Source: Cycas panzhihuaensis | Taxonomy: Eukaryota; Plantae; Cycadophyta | Direction of reading: 5' to 3' | DNA length: 64,000 bases | Assembly: GCA_023213395.1 (NCBI GenBank) | Contig: CM041465.1 | Span: forward strand, 148,559,741 to 148,623,740 | Shown here: positions 37,860 to 50,743 of the stretch, in pieces | Layout of the letters: the number at the start of each line of letters is the position of its first letter | How positions within the stretch are numbered: the stretch's first letter is position 1 | The notes under the pieces: generated by a model | The model's input: the letters and a program-made list of their open reading frames with translations, nothing else | Told to the model about the DNA's origin: nothing | The model's database searches: none | Made by a program: the position numbers and the translations under genes

Positions 37860-40800
37860 ACTTAGGTAGGTTGGTATGTTGCTTATACCAATCTTCATTT
37901 TCCCATGTGGCATCCTTGAGGCCTTGGTTTTTCAATTTTATTAGGTACTTTTGTACTTTCTTGAAATGTAGATTTCTTGTTTTGGTTTGGAGGATGCCTT
38001 CTGGTTCTAATATTAACTTGCCTTCCTCATCGAGTATGGGATAAGTTTGTTTGGTGTATTATATTTTGTCCTACCTTTTGTTTGAGGAAGGAAACATGGA
38101 AAACAATGTGTATGCAGGTGGTAGGTGGTAGATGGAGTTTATAAATGACTTGGCATACTCTGTCTTGTATTTGGTATGGCCAAAGAATCACGATTGCAGT
38201 TTGTACTTGCCTGCCCTTTTTAGTGTGGTTTGTTTATATGGTTGTAGTCTGAGAAAGACCCAATCTCATGGTTCAAATGACTTTTCTACCCTGTGTCGGT
38301 CAACTTGTTGTTTCATACTATTTCTGGTAGTGTTTAGGTTGTCTTTGAGTATTTGCAATGTCTGTTCTATCTGTTCTTATTGTGTTTGGACAGATTGAAC
38401 ATGTGAGGTTGTGGCCCATTTGAGAAGTGAAGGTGGTTTGAATTCATATAGTGCCTGGAGGGGGGTCATTTTGGTAGATATATGGTAGGTGGTGATATAC
38501 CACCATTCAACTAAGTGTAGCCATTTGTGCCATTTATGTTGTTTATCAGATGCGAAGTTTCTTAGATACCCTTCTAGGCATTTGTTTACTGCTTTTGTTT
38601 GTCTATTTGTCTGAGGGTGATAGGCTAAGCTCCTTGCTAGTTGGGTGCCAATCTGTCTGAATAGTTCTACCCAAAAAGTGCTTGTAAATTTAGGGTCATG
38701 GTTGCTAACGTTGATCTTTTGGAACCCATAGAGTCTATGGATTTCTTTCATGAACAAGTTGGCAATCTGACTAGCTTTTGCTATTGCATGGGTGCCTCTA
38801 AAGTGAACGTATTTGGTTAGTTAGTTGATTACTATGAAAATTGAATCATTTTCTTCTGAAGTGGGTAGTCCTATTATGAAGTCCATTGATATTTCTTCCC
38901 AATTTTGTTTGGGTATGGGTAGGGGTTGTAGTAGTCTTGGTATATTGGTGTTCTTTGTCTTGTTTTTTTGGCATGTGTTGCATTTTGATATGAACTTGTG
39001 GATGTCAGATTTCATCCCCTTCCAAAAATATGTATTGTGGACTTGTTAGTAGGTTTTGTCAATTCCTACATGTCCTGTGATGGGTGTGGAGTGAGTCTCA
39101 TGAAGTATCTTGTTTTTGAATGTTGATGTGGGGGGGGGTAGTAGAATTTTTCCTTTGCGTAGATTAGTTTGCTGTGTAGGGAGTATTTGTTGTGTGTATT
39201 GGCATGATTTTGAAGTATCTTTTGGGTTATGGGATCAACCTTGCATTCTTGAACTAGCTCTTGGGCCTAGGTGGGGATGGCTATGGAGGTGGCTTGTAGG
39301 GAGGAGCGTTCGGGGATTCTTGATAATGCATTGACAAGGACATTTTCTTTACCCTTCTTGTAGATAATATTGAAGTTGAATGTTTGAAGTTTTCTTACCT
39401 ATTTTTGTTGTTCATTTGACAAGTTCTTCTAGAGTTAAGAAGTATTCAAGGCTATTGTGGTGGGTTTTGGCTACGAACTTACTACCAAGTAGGCATTGTT
39501 GCCATTGGTGTGTGGCGTGCATGATTGCTAACGTTTCTTTGTCATAGATGGGTTTTAACTATTCTCGTGCATTTAGTTTGCAACTCTTGTAAGCTAAGGG
39601 TTAGTTGTCTTGCAATAGCACTGCTCCAACTCCTACCCCTAATGTGTCACATTCCAAGGTAAACAAACAACTGAAATCTAGTGTTGTGAGAATAAGTGCA
39701 GTTATCATTGCACTTTTGAATGCTTGGAAAGTTTTTTTTGCTAGTTCACCCTAGGTGAATGCGCCCTCCTTTGTTAGGTTTGATAGTGGAGCTGCAATCT
39801 GGGTATACTGCCTAATGAAATGATGTAAAAACTTGACAACACCTGAGAACCTTCTTACATCCATTACGTTCTTTGGTGGGGGGCAATCTATAATTTCTCG
39901 GACCTTCTTTGGATCCATCTTGACGCCATATCCAAGGTATTCTAGTTTGGTTTTCCCAAACGTACATTTGCCCTTGTTCGCAAAGAATTGGTTGTCGGCT
40001 AGTATTTGTAATATTTCCTTGAGGTGTTCCATATGTTCTTTCCAGGTCTTGCCATAAATGATAATGTCATCAAAGAATACTAGAATGAATTTGCCTAAAA
40101 ACAATTTTAGTATTTGATTCATGGTACTCTGGAATGTGGCTAGGGCATTGGTCAAGCTAAATGGCATAACTCAGAATTCAAACAAGCCTTCGTGCATTTG
40201 GAATGCCATTTTCTAGACATCTTCTGATTTGATGCAGATTTGGTGGTAACCTGAGCTTAAGTCAATCTTTGAGAAAAACGTTGCTCCATGTAATTCATCA
40301 AGGACATCATCTATCCTGGGAATGGGGTATTTATTCTTGATTGCGAGTGTGTTGAGGGCTCTAAAGTCGATGCACATGCAGTATGGTCCATCCTTTATTT
40401 GGCTTAGTACTATTGGTGATGTGAAGGGGCTTGAGCTGGGTGCAATATGTCCTTGTTGTAAGAGTTTTTGTGTTATCTGTTCTATTTCCTTTTTGAAGTG
40501 ATAGGGGTGTTGCTATGGTCGAATGTTTACTGGTGCTGACCTCGATGCTAGTTTGATGGAGTGCTCGCATTCTTGGCTAGGGGGCAATCCTTAGGATTCT
40601 TCAAATACCTTGTTGTACTAGTTGATGAGGGTTTTGTTGTGATTTATTGTGTTGCGATTGTATAACAAGTCATTAAGTAGGAGGTGGGGTTCTTCTTAAG
40701 TAAGTTTCTCATTTGGTTGGATGTTGGTGGAGAAGGTGGGGCTTGTAGTCTAAACTTACATCCTTTCTGAAAAAACTCATGAAATGAGTTCTATAGTTGG

Positions 40801-42310
40801 TGACGATTTTCCCAAGGTTTTGGAGCCATTGGATGTCAAGGACTATATTGTTGACTCTTATTAGCATGGCAAACATGAATTGTTGAGAGAGTAGTCTGCC
40901 ATTTGTAAGTGGACCTTCTCGCAATACCCCTTACATGGCACATTGTTTTCATTAGCGATAGCAGCTTGAAATACGTTGAGGTGCCGTATAGGTAGGCCTA
41001 GCTTAGCTATTATTGGTTTGTTGATTAAGTTATGTGTTCTACCACTTTCACATAGGACTAATATTCTATTGTTTTTTATTATTCCTTTGAAGCGCAATGT
41101 CTGAGGCATGTTAAATTCCCTGGTAGTGGCTTGAAGTGATATGTGCACATTTTCTCCCATGGTTTCTTTTAGTAGTTCTTTAGTTTTAGTCTCTTCGCCG
41201 GTTGGGGGTTGTTCTTCTTCTAGACAGTGTTCATCAGGGAGTTTTGCTTCTTCATTATTGATCATGAATACCGTTTTTGAGGGGCATTTACGGTCATGAC
41301 TCCATGTTGCTCCATGGTCAAAGCAGGTTCCTTGTTTTAGGTGTTCTTCCTTAGAGAGTCTGTTTGGTTCATTGTTACCTTTGCCTGTAGGTTCAAATTT
41401 GGTCCCTAACTTATTCCAGCTTGGTTGGTAGTTCTAGGAGTGGGAGCTTTGACCTTGGTACCTAGGTTGGTGACTGCGGTGAATGTAACTTTGCCTAGCT
41501 TCTTGGAGTTGACCTCAACATTTCTAGCTTGGCATATTACCTCACCTAAGGATTGAATTGTTAGAGTTTTGAGGCAGAATTTGATTGGGAGCCTAAGCCC
41601 AATGATATAGGTTTCTATTAACTGCTCCTGTTTGATATTGGTATTGACTAAGCTTTGTAAAATTTGAAATCGTTTAGAATATGCTTGTACGAAATTGGTT
41701 TGTTGCAATGTCATGAGTTGTGAGAAATAGTTGGTATTCTAGGGGCCCTCATATTGCTTTGTTAGAGATGATTTGAAAAATTCCCAATTGTAATGTTTAG
41801 AATCCTAATAGATGTTGTTCCACCAGTGAAACCATTTTAAGGCTTTCCTGTACAGGTGTAGGGAGGTGGTCATTATCTTGTCCTCTTCCGAGATTGGATT
41901 TAATTGATAATACATGTCCATTTAGATGATCCAACTTTGAATGTCTATAGATCTATCTTGCTCAAATTTCTATAGGACGAATTTTACCTTTTTGAGGCCA
42001 AAATTTTTCCTACCTCTTTTGTCATACTCTTTTCTACCTTTATCGTTTATTTTGTTTTCTACTGGTTCAATGTTTTTCATATCCTAGCTTCCCTCTCCTT
42101 CCTAAAATTTTGGTTTAAGTCCCTTATCTCTTAAAGTTTGGTTTATATCTTTGATTGCATTGGTTATTGCTTCCTTGGATTCGATGACATCTACCCATAG
42201 TTTGTTATATTTCCTATTCATTTGGTCGTTCATCCTAGCCATGCTGTCATTTATGCTATCTAGTCTTTTATTGACGTTTTCTATGGTTATTGAGGGAGAG
42301 TTTACCATTT
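37860..42310 (-). pseudogene. gag-pol: Element F gag-pol
   Basis: LCESGRTHNL protease, VFFDDII RT, WEEISMDFIIGLP and AYHPQTNRQT integrase, KYLIKLKNQGLKDATWE chromodomain. Confidence 0.92.
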
Positions 42311-45088
42311 TGGTGGTGTTAAGATCCTATTAATTCCCTAAGGTTTTTTCTGTCAACAATGTTGGGATGATAGTATGGGCCTAGGATGTGGTTTTCAGAG
42401 TTGATTTGGGATGCTAGGTTTCTGGGGGGGTTTTAGCGATTGGCGAGTTCGAAAACAATGGATAGGAGCTTTACAGGTGGGACTATAGATGGGCTTGAGG
42501 TGTGGGTAGACCTAGAGTTGAAATAAGGCTAAGAATGTGGTAGATTTGGAGTGTGCCTAGGTGTGGATAGTCTTGAAGAGCGGCTGGTCAAAAATTGTTG
42601 GCAAGGCTAAAATATAATTTGAAGTGTGGGCGAGTCTAAAGTGCGGATAGACATGTAGATTTGTATTTATGGATAAGCTAAGGTTGAAATGAGGGCAAAT
42701 CTGGGTTGCAAACAATTTTGAAGGGCAGGTAAAACTGGCATTTGTATATTTATGTGAAAAAATTGATGTGGAGAGGTAGGTTACCCTTTTCAGAACCTCA
42801 CTCTTACACCACTGTAACGGCACAATTATAACGACACTACTATTGCAGGGGATGACTGTGCTGGTAGAAGGAACTACTGCTAACTTTAAACAAATGTAAA
42901 TAACTAATATTGTAAGGGATGGGTACTTACTTGATTCGCAAGACAAGGCCCAACTCTGACATTTAGTGATTGAGGTCTCCACAGTGTACTTCTCTTCGAG
43001 GCGAGATGTCCTCCAAGTTGTCCTCTTCGAGGTGAGCCGTCCTCCAGACATGGTAAATGCTTCTAAGACCTAGACATGTGAAAGATAACATAATGATCCT
43101 AGGCAAGGGCCCTAGGAGGCTATAAATAATGATGAATCTTTTAAGGTCGGCCAAAAGATACCTTGTCTCTTTTGAGGTCGGCCAACTAGGGTTGTTTGGT
43201 CGACTAGAAGGATTTTTGTTATTTATTCAGATCGGCCAATCTAGAATTTTATTAAGGTTGGCCAACTGGGGTTGTTTGGTCGATCATAAGGATGTTTGTT
43301 ATTTTATTGTGGTTGGCCAACTTGGAGTTTTATTGGTTGGCTAGAAGGGAATGTTATACACTTGGGATGATATAAGTGAGCAAGGAAGAGGTTTGGTTGG
43401 GTAAATAGTGGCAGATAATCTTCAAGTTCACATTGAAGCGATTGATTCTCCTACTTAGGTATAGAAAATGTTGGCTCCTTTATTTAACAAGGCAGATAAT
43501 GTGACGACATACTATGTTTAAAGGCAAGGGCATGATCTAGATGTGAAAAATTTTCAAAGCATTGAACATTTTCTTGTTGAAATGAAAAAAATGAATGTGA
43601 AGCTTGAATAGTGTGGGAATGATTACAAGAAAGATGACATTCCATTTATCATTTTGGTTGAGAGAAAATTGTCTCCCATTTATGATATTTATGTTCAATC
43701 AAGACATAGAGCAATTGAACTTGCTAATGGAGAACATAAGCCTAATTTCAAAGAATTTTGTAAAGGGTTAATAAGTGAACAGGAAAGGTTAATTGCATCA
43801 AGACAAATTAAAAATGTTCAGGTCCATGTTGCACAAAGAAAGTAACTTCAAAACAAAGCATTTAGGTAAGTTTATGTTGGTGGAGATACTAATAAATAAA
43901 ACGGTAAGAAGAACACACCTAGATCCATGCTTCATTGTTTAGTTTGTGGTAGGGATGATCATAAATGTGGTAATTGTAAATAAAGGAAGAGATCCATTTT
44001 TGTTCCATTCCCTTCACAATTTGGTGTGTTTTCAAATTCTACTTTAGATTGGATCATGTATTCAGGTACTTCATTTCACATGATCTGTGACTCTTCAAAA
44101 TTTATTTCCTTACAAGGAAAGCGGTAATAAACATCAAAAGAGTTCGACTAGTGATGGCTCTAATCTTTTAGTTCTTGGTTTTGGAAAGGTGGATTGGTGA
44201 TTGTGACATGGAAAATGTGCTTCATGTTGATGGCATGCTTATCAATATGATGTTTGTTTATCATCTTTCTCAAAAGGGTTATAAATTTGAAGCATGGCCT
44301 AATAGATATGTTTCGAAAGATATTAACAACAATTTCAAAGTTGTTTCTCTAGGACCTATTGATCACAATATTGGCTTGCATAAGTATATGCTTCTCCTAT
44401 GCTTGAAAAAACACCTTGGTATTCTATGGTTGCTTTAGCTAGTGATGAAAGCAAACTATGGCATGAGAGACTAGATCACCTAAATTATGGCAAGATGAAA
44501 CTTATGAATCATTTGAACATGGTAGAAGGTTTGCCTACCATTTTTGCTATTGATTATGTATGTGAATGTTGTTTTCTTGGTAAACATTATCGTGAACAAT
44601 TCAACACAAATAGAGGTGAACAAATAAATGATAAGTAGTAATTAATTCATAGTGATATTTGTAGACCTTTCGATGTTCCTCCTTTGGGTGGTGCATCTTA
44701 TTTCATTCCTTTCATTGATGATTTTACCAGATGTACATGGGTGTACACAATTAAACATAAGAGTGAGGCATTTGAAAATTTTAAATAGTTCAAAGCCCTT
44801 GTTGAAAAAGAATTTGGAAAACACATTAAGACTCTTCGTACTAATAATGTAGGTGAATATATTAAGAAGGAATTTCATTCTTTTTGGTTGAAAATGGCAT
44901 GGAACATCAAAGAACTACTTTATATACTAGAATAGAATGGAGTTGCTAAAAGGAAAAGTAGAGCTTTACTTGAAATGGCTACATGCATGATGCATGCTAA
45001 AGGTATAGAAAAGAACTTTTAGGGTGAAATAGTTTGTTGCGCATGTTACATTCCAAATGTGTCCTAAAAGACTAGTTCGAAATGTTAT

Positions 45089-45393
45089 TATGATGAACCA
45101 TCACATCAAAACCTTGAGGTGTTAGTGGAGAGGACTTCCCACTAGGTAGACCATGACCATGTTGGCTTTGCCTAGCCTTGCTTTCACCAGCATTTGAGTG
45201 CTCTAAGGGCTCCAACTACGATGATGTTCATGCACATCAACGATGTTCATGCATATTGCCCCATCGCCCCATAAGCAATGTTGCCCCAAAGGGATTTAAA
45301 TGTGGGTCTTGGCTCTAATACCACTTGTGACAAACTGTCACACCAAAACTTCGAGGTATTAGTGGAGAGGACTCTCCACTAAGTAAACCATGT
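45089..45393 (-). mobile_element. TRIM 2: miniature LTR retroelement with a truncated right repeat
   Basis: Direct repeats at ~45089-45192 and 45326-45393 (..CACACCAAAAC..GGAGAGGACTTCCCAC..). PBS complement GCTCTAATACCA at 45312-45323. Confidence 0.75.
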
Positions 45394-48300
45394 TGTTGCG
45401 TGCCTAATTATGTAAAGTTAGTTTTTAGGAAAATGAGGAGTTATTACATGTCTAAATATATTAATGTGAAGTCAATTTTTTTAGGAGAGAGAATAAGAAG
45501 TTGGTTGTAGAGAGAGATTAAAGGTAGGCCCATCGTAAGGCTATAAATAGGTTAGCACCTTTCATTTGTAAGGCATTTTGGAGACTTTGTATCTTATATA
45601 GAATGATGTGCTAAGGCCATTAGGGCATTGTTGTGCCACTGGGAGGAAACCCTCACCTTAAAGGAGGCAATTATTCTGAGCTTTCATCTGATATTACCCT
45701 TATTTTTCGTTGAAAATTTTGATATTATTTATGTGAGAGCTATTTTTCGATGATATTTATGATGTAATTGTTATATTTTCTGCTATATAATTTGTGGGCA
45801 TACCACAATTGGTATCAAAGTTTCATTTTTGCCTATCAAAGATTTGCATTTTTAGAAGTGTAAGTGGATGAATTTTTAAAAAATAATTGTAGATTTAAGT
45901 CGACCAAGGTCGTTTTATAAATTTTGAGTGGTTATATTTCAAGTTTTGGAGCAAAATTGCGAAAATTGTAGAGAATTTAATTTTGGTCTGTTGTTTGTCA
46001 TTGTCTTTAGGCCTAAAATTAGTTACTGCAACTTCAAAAAACCATAACTTTGGCTACGTGTCTAATTGATCTTTTTTTTTTTTGAATTTGTGTATCTCAA
46101 AGTCTAGTTTTTATTGGAAGTGGTTTCAGATCCATTGGATATCAGAGTAAAATGTTATTAGCATTTTAGTAATAGGTATTACTGCAGTCCCCAAAAACTC
46201 TAATTATGAACCACCTTGAAAGGGCCATAACTTCTATTACAAGTGTTAGATTTCAATTTTGTCTGAACCACTAGAATCTTGGTTTAGAGACACTCAATTT
46301 GAATGCTCATAAGGTACAATTCTGATAAGTTTTGATGTAGATTTTAACTTGTGAAGTTGTAGCTCTTGTTGACAAGAAAAGAAAAATGGAGTTAGATTTT
46401 TTCAATCTTGATGAAGACATAGATGTGAGAGAATGGTTACAACTCGTTGAAACATTGTGATTACACAACGGATACAAAAATTGAAGATTATGGACCATGC
46501 ATTAAACTTCTCTTGACAGGGAAAGCTCTTGATTGGTCTAATAAACCAAAAACATTAAACGATTGGTCATGGTTTAAGGTGATGTTAATAGTTACATATG
46601 GCGAGTGGAATCAAGTTAAGCAAATTCAAACTAGCTCAATGCATGTATAGGAACAAAGTGACAACTCCACAAATAAGGAATGAGAAGAGCCTGCTTACGA
46701 TGAAGATGAAGACAAAGAAGAACCTAATTGCATACAATGCGAAGAAGAATTAGGCAATAGGAAATTTGCCCGTCAACAGGAAGAAGAAGATTAATGTATA
46801 TAGAAGCAACTTGTATCTTTGAATGCACAATCCAAGCAGGATTTAGTGGTGAAAAATGAACCTGAGTAGTGCTATGAAGAAGAGCCCAATCAATGGAATC
46901 AAGATTCCAACCAACCAGACAACTTCAAAAAGCTACTAGACTTGGTTCCTATGCCTGTGTTGCACATGTCCATTTCCTTTGGTAATTTTGTTTTCCCTCT
47001 TACTACCCCTTATAACATAGCTATAAAGAATTCCTCTTCCCATTATCCTATAGTTGTCTAAGCTCCTAAGCTCCTTAACTCCAAATTCTTCGTAGGATGA
47101 ATCCTTTCCTTTCTTCACAATCATAGTTCACTTCACCGCTTGCATGCTTCTTCATCCCATAGGGAATTCTCTCAATATGATGTTCTAAACTTTCCACTCT
47201 CCCTACCTCAAAATTCAAAATTTGCTCTTCCCTCTTATAAAACGTTGTCCTGCCCATCTCCACCTTCCACACTTCCATATAACCAACATTCTTTAACCCC
47301 ACTAATCCTTTCATATAGTTCTATGCTTGTCATTGGATCCCTACTAAACCCTCTTTTCCATAAAGAGCAACTATCTCTAATCTTGCATCCATCGTATTTC
47401 TCAAAGATCTCTAGTTGTCCAACCAAGCTCTTACTTATCATAACCCCTTATGGAATCAAATTCTAGTTCCCATGTACATCTCATGATATAACTCTCATGT
47501 CCCTATTATCCACATCCCCATAATTCTTGATGGTCACCTCATTAACCCCCACTTTACCCATTCTTTCTTACATTATGCTTCACAATTGTAGACAATCCCC
47601 ATTATGTGATTCCCATAACCGCTTAATTAGGTTATTACCTCCCTACAAACCCCCTCAATATTCTCAACACCTCACATCCCTTGAGTGAGATCATTTGAGA
47701 ACAAAATGTGCAACCACAAAATAGGATTCTGGGCAAGCGCCATTAGCATCGCATAAGTCTCAAGATTGTTTTTGTACAGGATGGGATACAACATGCACCG
47801 AGTTTCAAACACAAGCATCTGTAGGTTCAAGGTACATGCCAATTCTCTCCAATAGTAGGCACAAGATTGGACTAAATTTTTACAATATACAGGACTTAGT
47901 AAGTGGTAGATCGAAGAAGATGTCAAAGTTGGCCCCAAGAAACTCTTTGTGTAACTATCTATACTTTGAGAGCGAAGTATTTCAAGGGGAGGGGAGTTGT
48001 TGCATAAGTCGATTTTTAGAAGTATAAGGAGTTGTTACATGTCTAAATATATTAATGTGAAGATGGTTTTTTAAGGAGAAAGAATAAGAAGTTAGTTTTA
48101 GAGAGAGATTAAAGGTAGGCCTAGCCTAGGGATATAAACAAGTTAGCACCTTTCACTTGTAAGGCATCTTGGATAATTTATATCATATCTAGAATGATGG
48201 CCTAGAGCCATTAGAACATTGTTGTGTCATTGGGAGGATGTGACGATGTTAATGTCACATGGTCATTTCATGAAGTTAGAATTAGATAAAGTCACTTTTA

Positions 48301-50743
48301 TGTTTATAACTTTAGGATAAGGTGACTATGCCTAAGTCACTTAAGTGAAATGACATAAAGTTCATTTCATTGTAATTTCATGGAATCTCATTTGAATGTC
48401 ATTGGGAGGGAAAACTCAAATTCCAAACCCTAATGAGCATCCTCATTATATAAACTGAAATTACATGGAGAGTGAATATATTCTACACTTCTCCTCTTTG
48501 AGCTCAAACTATTAGCATTCTCTTGTTGAGTACATTGTGCTTGTCTCCACTATTTGCCTTTGTGTAGTGTTAGTGCACTAGATCCCTAGATCCATTCCCT
48601 CAACAAGTGGTATCAGAGCCATTGGGTGGATCTTAGTGCCACACTCACTTGCAAGGAGATTGCAAGCTATGTTCTCCTCTTCTTCACCATTCATGTGAAG
48701 TGAAGAGTTGAGATTTTTAAAAATCCATTTTTTAAAGCTCTTTTTATAGCAGATTTTTAGTACAAAATTATATGTTGTTGTACTATTTTATTTCTGCAGA
48801 TAAGAGGAAGGAGTGTGGCTGCTTAAAAGCAACCTATTTGCAGGCTTAAAGGAGCACAGGAATTACTTAGATGATAGCAATTTTCAGCCATCTTTTTGAG
48901 CCCCAAATCTGGCATTTTGGCCTATTTTTTGCCATTTTTTTGTAGTAAAAGTTAGATTTCAAGGTTGTAGAAGAAGAAATCAGTGACTCTCATTGATTAG
49001 AGGTAGATTTTAAAGCATAAAATCAAACTGTGTGGACGCGGTACGAATTGTACAGATTTTCGTACAGCGGTATGGCCAAAAAATCAAAGTGCCCAGAATC
49101 GCACGAAATTTCACCAGTAGGTGCGTCTTGGCCTCCTGAGCACTTTTGTCTACTGGAGCGATGCGAGATTTTGAGTTTAAAGGGGTCAAACAACCTGTTT
49201 TTGCAGCCATTCTCCAAATTTAAAAATCTCAGATCTAGAAAAATCTGAGGAGTTTTTCTATTTGTAATACATGTTTTTGGATCTCCTCGTCCCGATCTAT
49301 CATTTGGGACAAGTCTCACATGAATCCGACACTTCGTTGAAAAGTTATGACAATTTTTAGGTTTTTTAGTACATTTTGGTCATGCGAGTTAAACCGGTTT
49401 TTTGCACTGCTTTTGATAAAATTTTCAAAATTTTTTGTATATTTGTGAAGTGCGGTGAAGGCCAAATCTGGAAATTTTAATTTTTTCAAAAATTTTGAAA
49501 TTTGTCTTAGTATAAGCGGTACAATAGGCATACAATCTGCCCAGCAATGAGACTTAGTTTCTTGAAAATTTGATTTTTCAGCATACATTGTATTTCTCAA
49601 ATTTTTAGTCTTTTTTCCCCTTCTTTAAAAAAAAAAAAAAAATTATTGTATGTAAAAGGGGTTTTTTTAAAGACATTTATAACCTTTGTGGCTTTTAGAG
49701 GCCTATTTTGGCCCTTTTGTAAAAAGAACAAGGTACTTAAATCCTTTGTAAAGCCAATCATCTGGATCGGAGCAATATCCAATGATTTGGCTCATCATGT
49801 GTATGATTTTAATGGTTGCATGCACTTGGAGACTTCATTGAGTGCCACTTGGGCACATAGAGTGCTATTTGGGCACTAGGTGGACACGTCATCACTACAC
49901 TTGGACATAGCAACAACACTTAAGTGGAGTATTTACATTCAGTTTTCAGTTATTTTTACATGACATTCGAGAAAAAGAGCACTTTCCTTAAAATCAACTC
50001 ATCTCGACGACTTTATACCGCCAGTTCTTGACTTGTGCGCATACTCGCCTTGATTTAAATAGACCAAGGTTGGTCGAAGTCCACGCCCTAAGGGAGGTAT
50101 GAGTTTCATACTGGGTCTGGTCATAACCGGTATAGTGGTGGAGGGATAGGTTAGCCATACCTACGGCCTCCAATCAGGGATTATCTTGATAACCATCCAA
50201 GAAAACTGAAAACCCTTAATCAAGATAATTAATTTAGCTGGGCCAATATCCGTCATAGCCGTGGGACATGCACGTACTTCTCTTCGGAGAGTATATCGCT
50301 GCTCATTGGTGAACTGTGTGAGGACCGACAGTACCTGGGCTTGACGTTTACTTGGATTTCATCACCAAGGAACGGTGCGGGTATCGCTGGTGAAGGCCAT
50401 TAATTACGTATACTAGAAGCCCCCTTAGGCATCGACACCTCACCTACTTTGGATACAAGTTAGAGGTTTGGGTTTGTTACACATCCTACATCACTTTGGT
50501 TATCAGTTGTGTGCACCCACATGCCGGCTTCTATATAGGCCTTCTCACTTATCTTGATTAGATCGCTTACATCACATACTTATTTGTGATCTCTTTGCTT
50601 CCACATCTTACATTGCATTACTTCATTATTCCCTGCTGCGTTAGGTAGACCTGTCACAAGTGTCAGTGACTCCACCTTCTTCTACTTAGTGCATTTTCCT
50701 ACACATTTATATACATCACTCTTATTCATCTTTTCACACCAGC

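Larger units (their letters stand above)
30740..43358 (-). mobile_element. Element F: decayed Ty3/gypsy chromovirus; its left (3') LTR is truncated and interrupted by G
   Basis: LTR 42813-43358 matches 30740-30813 plus 37481-37824. PPT complement AGTCCTTCCCCTT; degenerate PBS at ~42800-42811. gag-PR-RT-RH-INT-chromodomain across 37860-42310. Confidence 0.9.

Noticed and set aside
42557-43051. 164-aa minus-strand ORF
   Set aside because: Spans the LTR and leader of element F, has no domain motifs, and is most likely a chance ORF.
43140-43345. Regularly spaced GGTCGGCCAA repeats (also 37620-37810) that look CRISPR-like
   Set aside because: They are degenerate U3 subrepeats present in both F LTRs, the spacers are themselves repeated, the context is eukaryotic and there are no cas genes.
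50115-50150. CCGGTATAGTGGTGGAGGG loosely like the 3' end of a plant twister ribozyme
   Set aside because: The conserved 5' half and pseudoknot partners are not evident.
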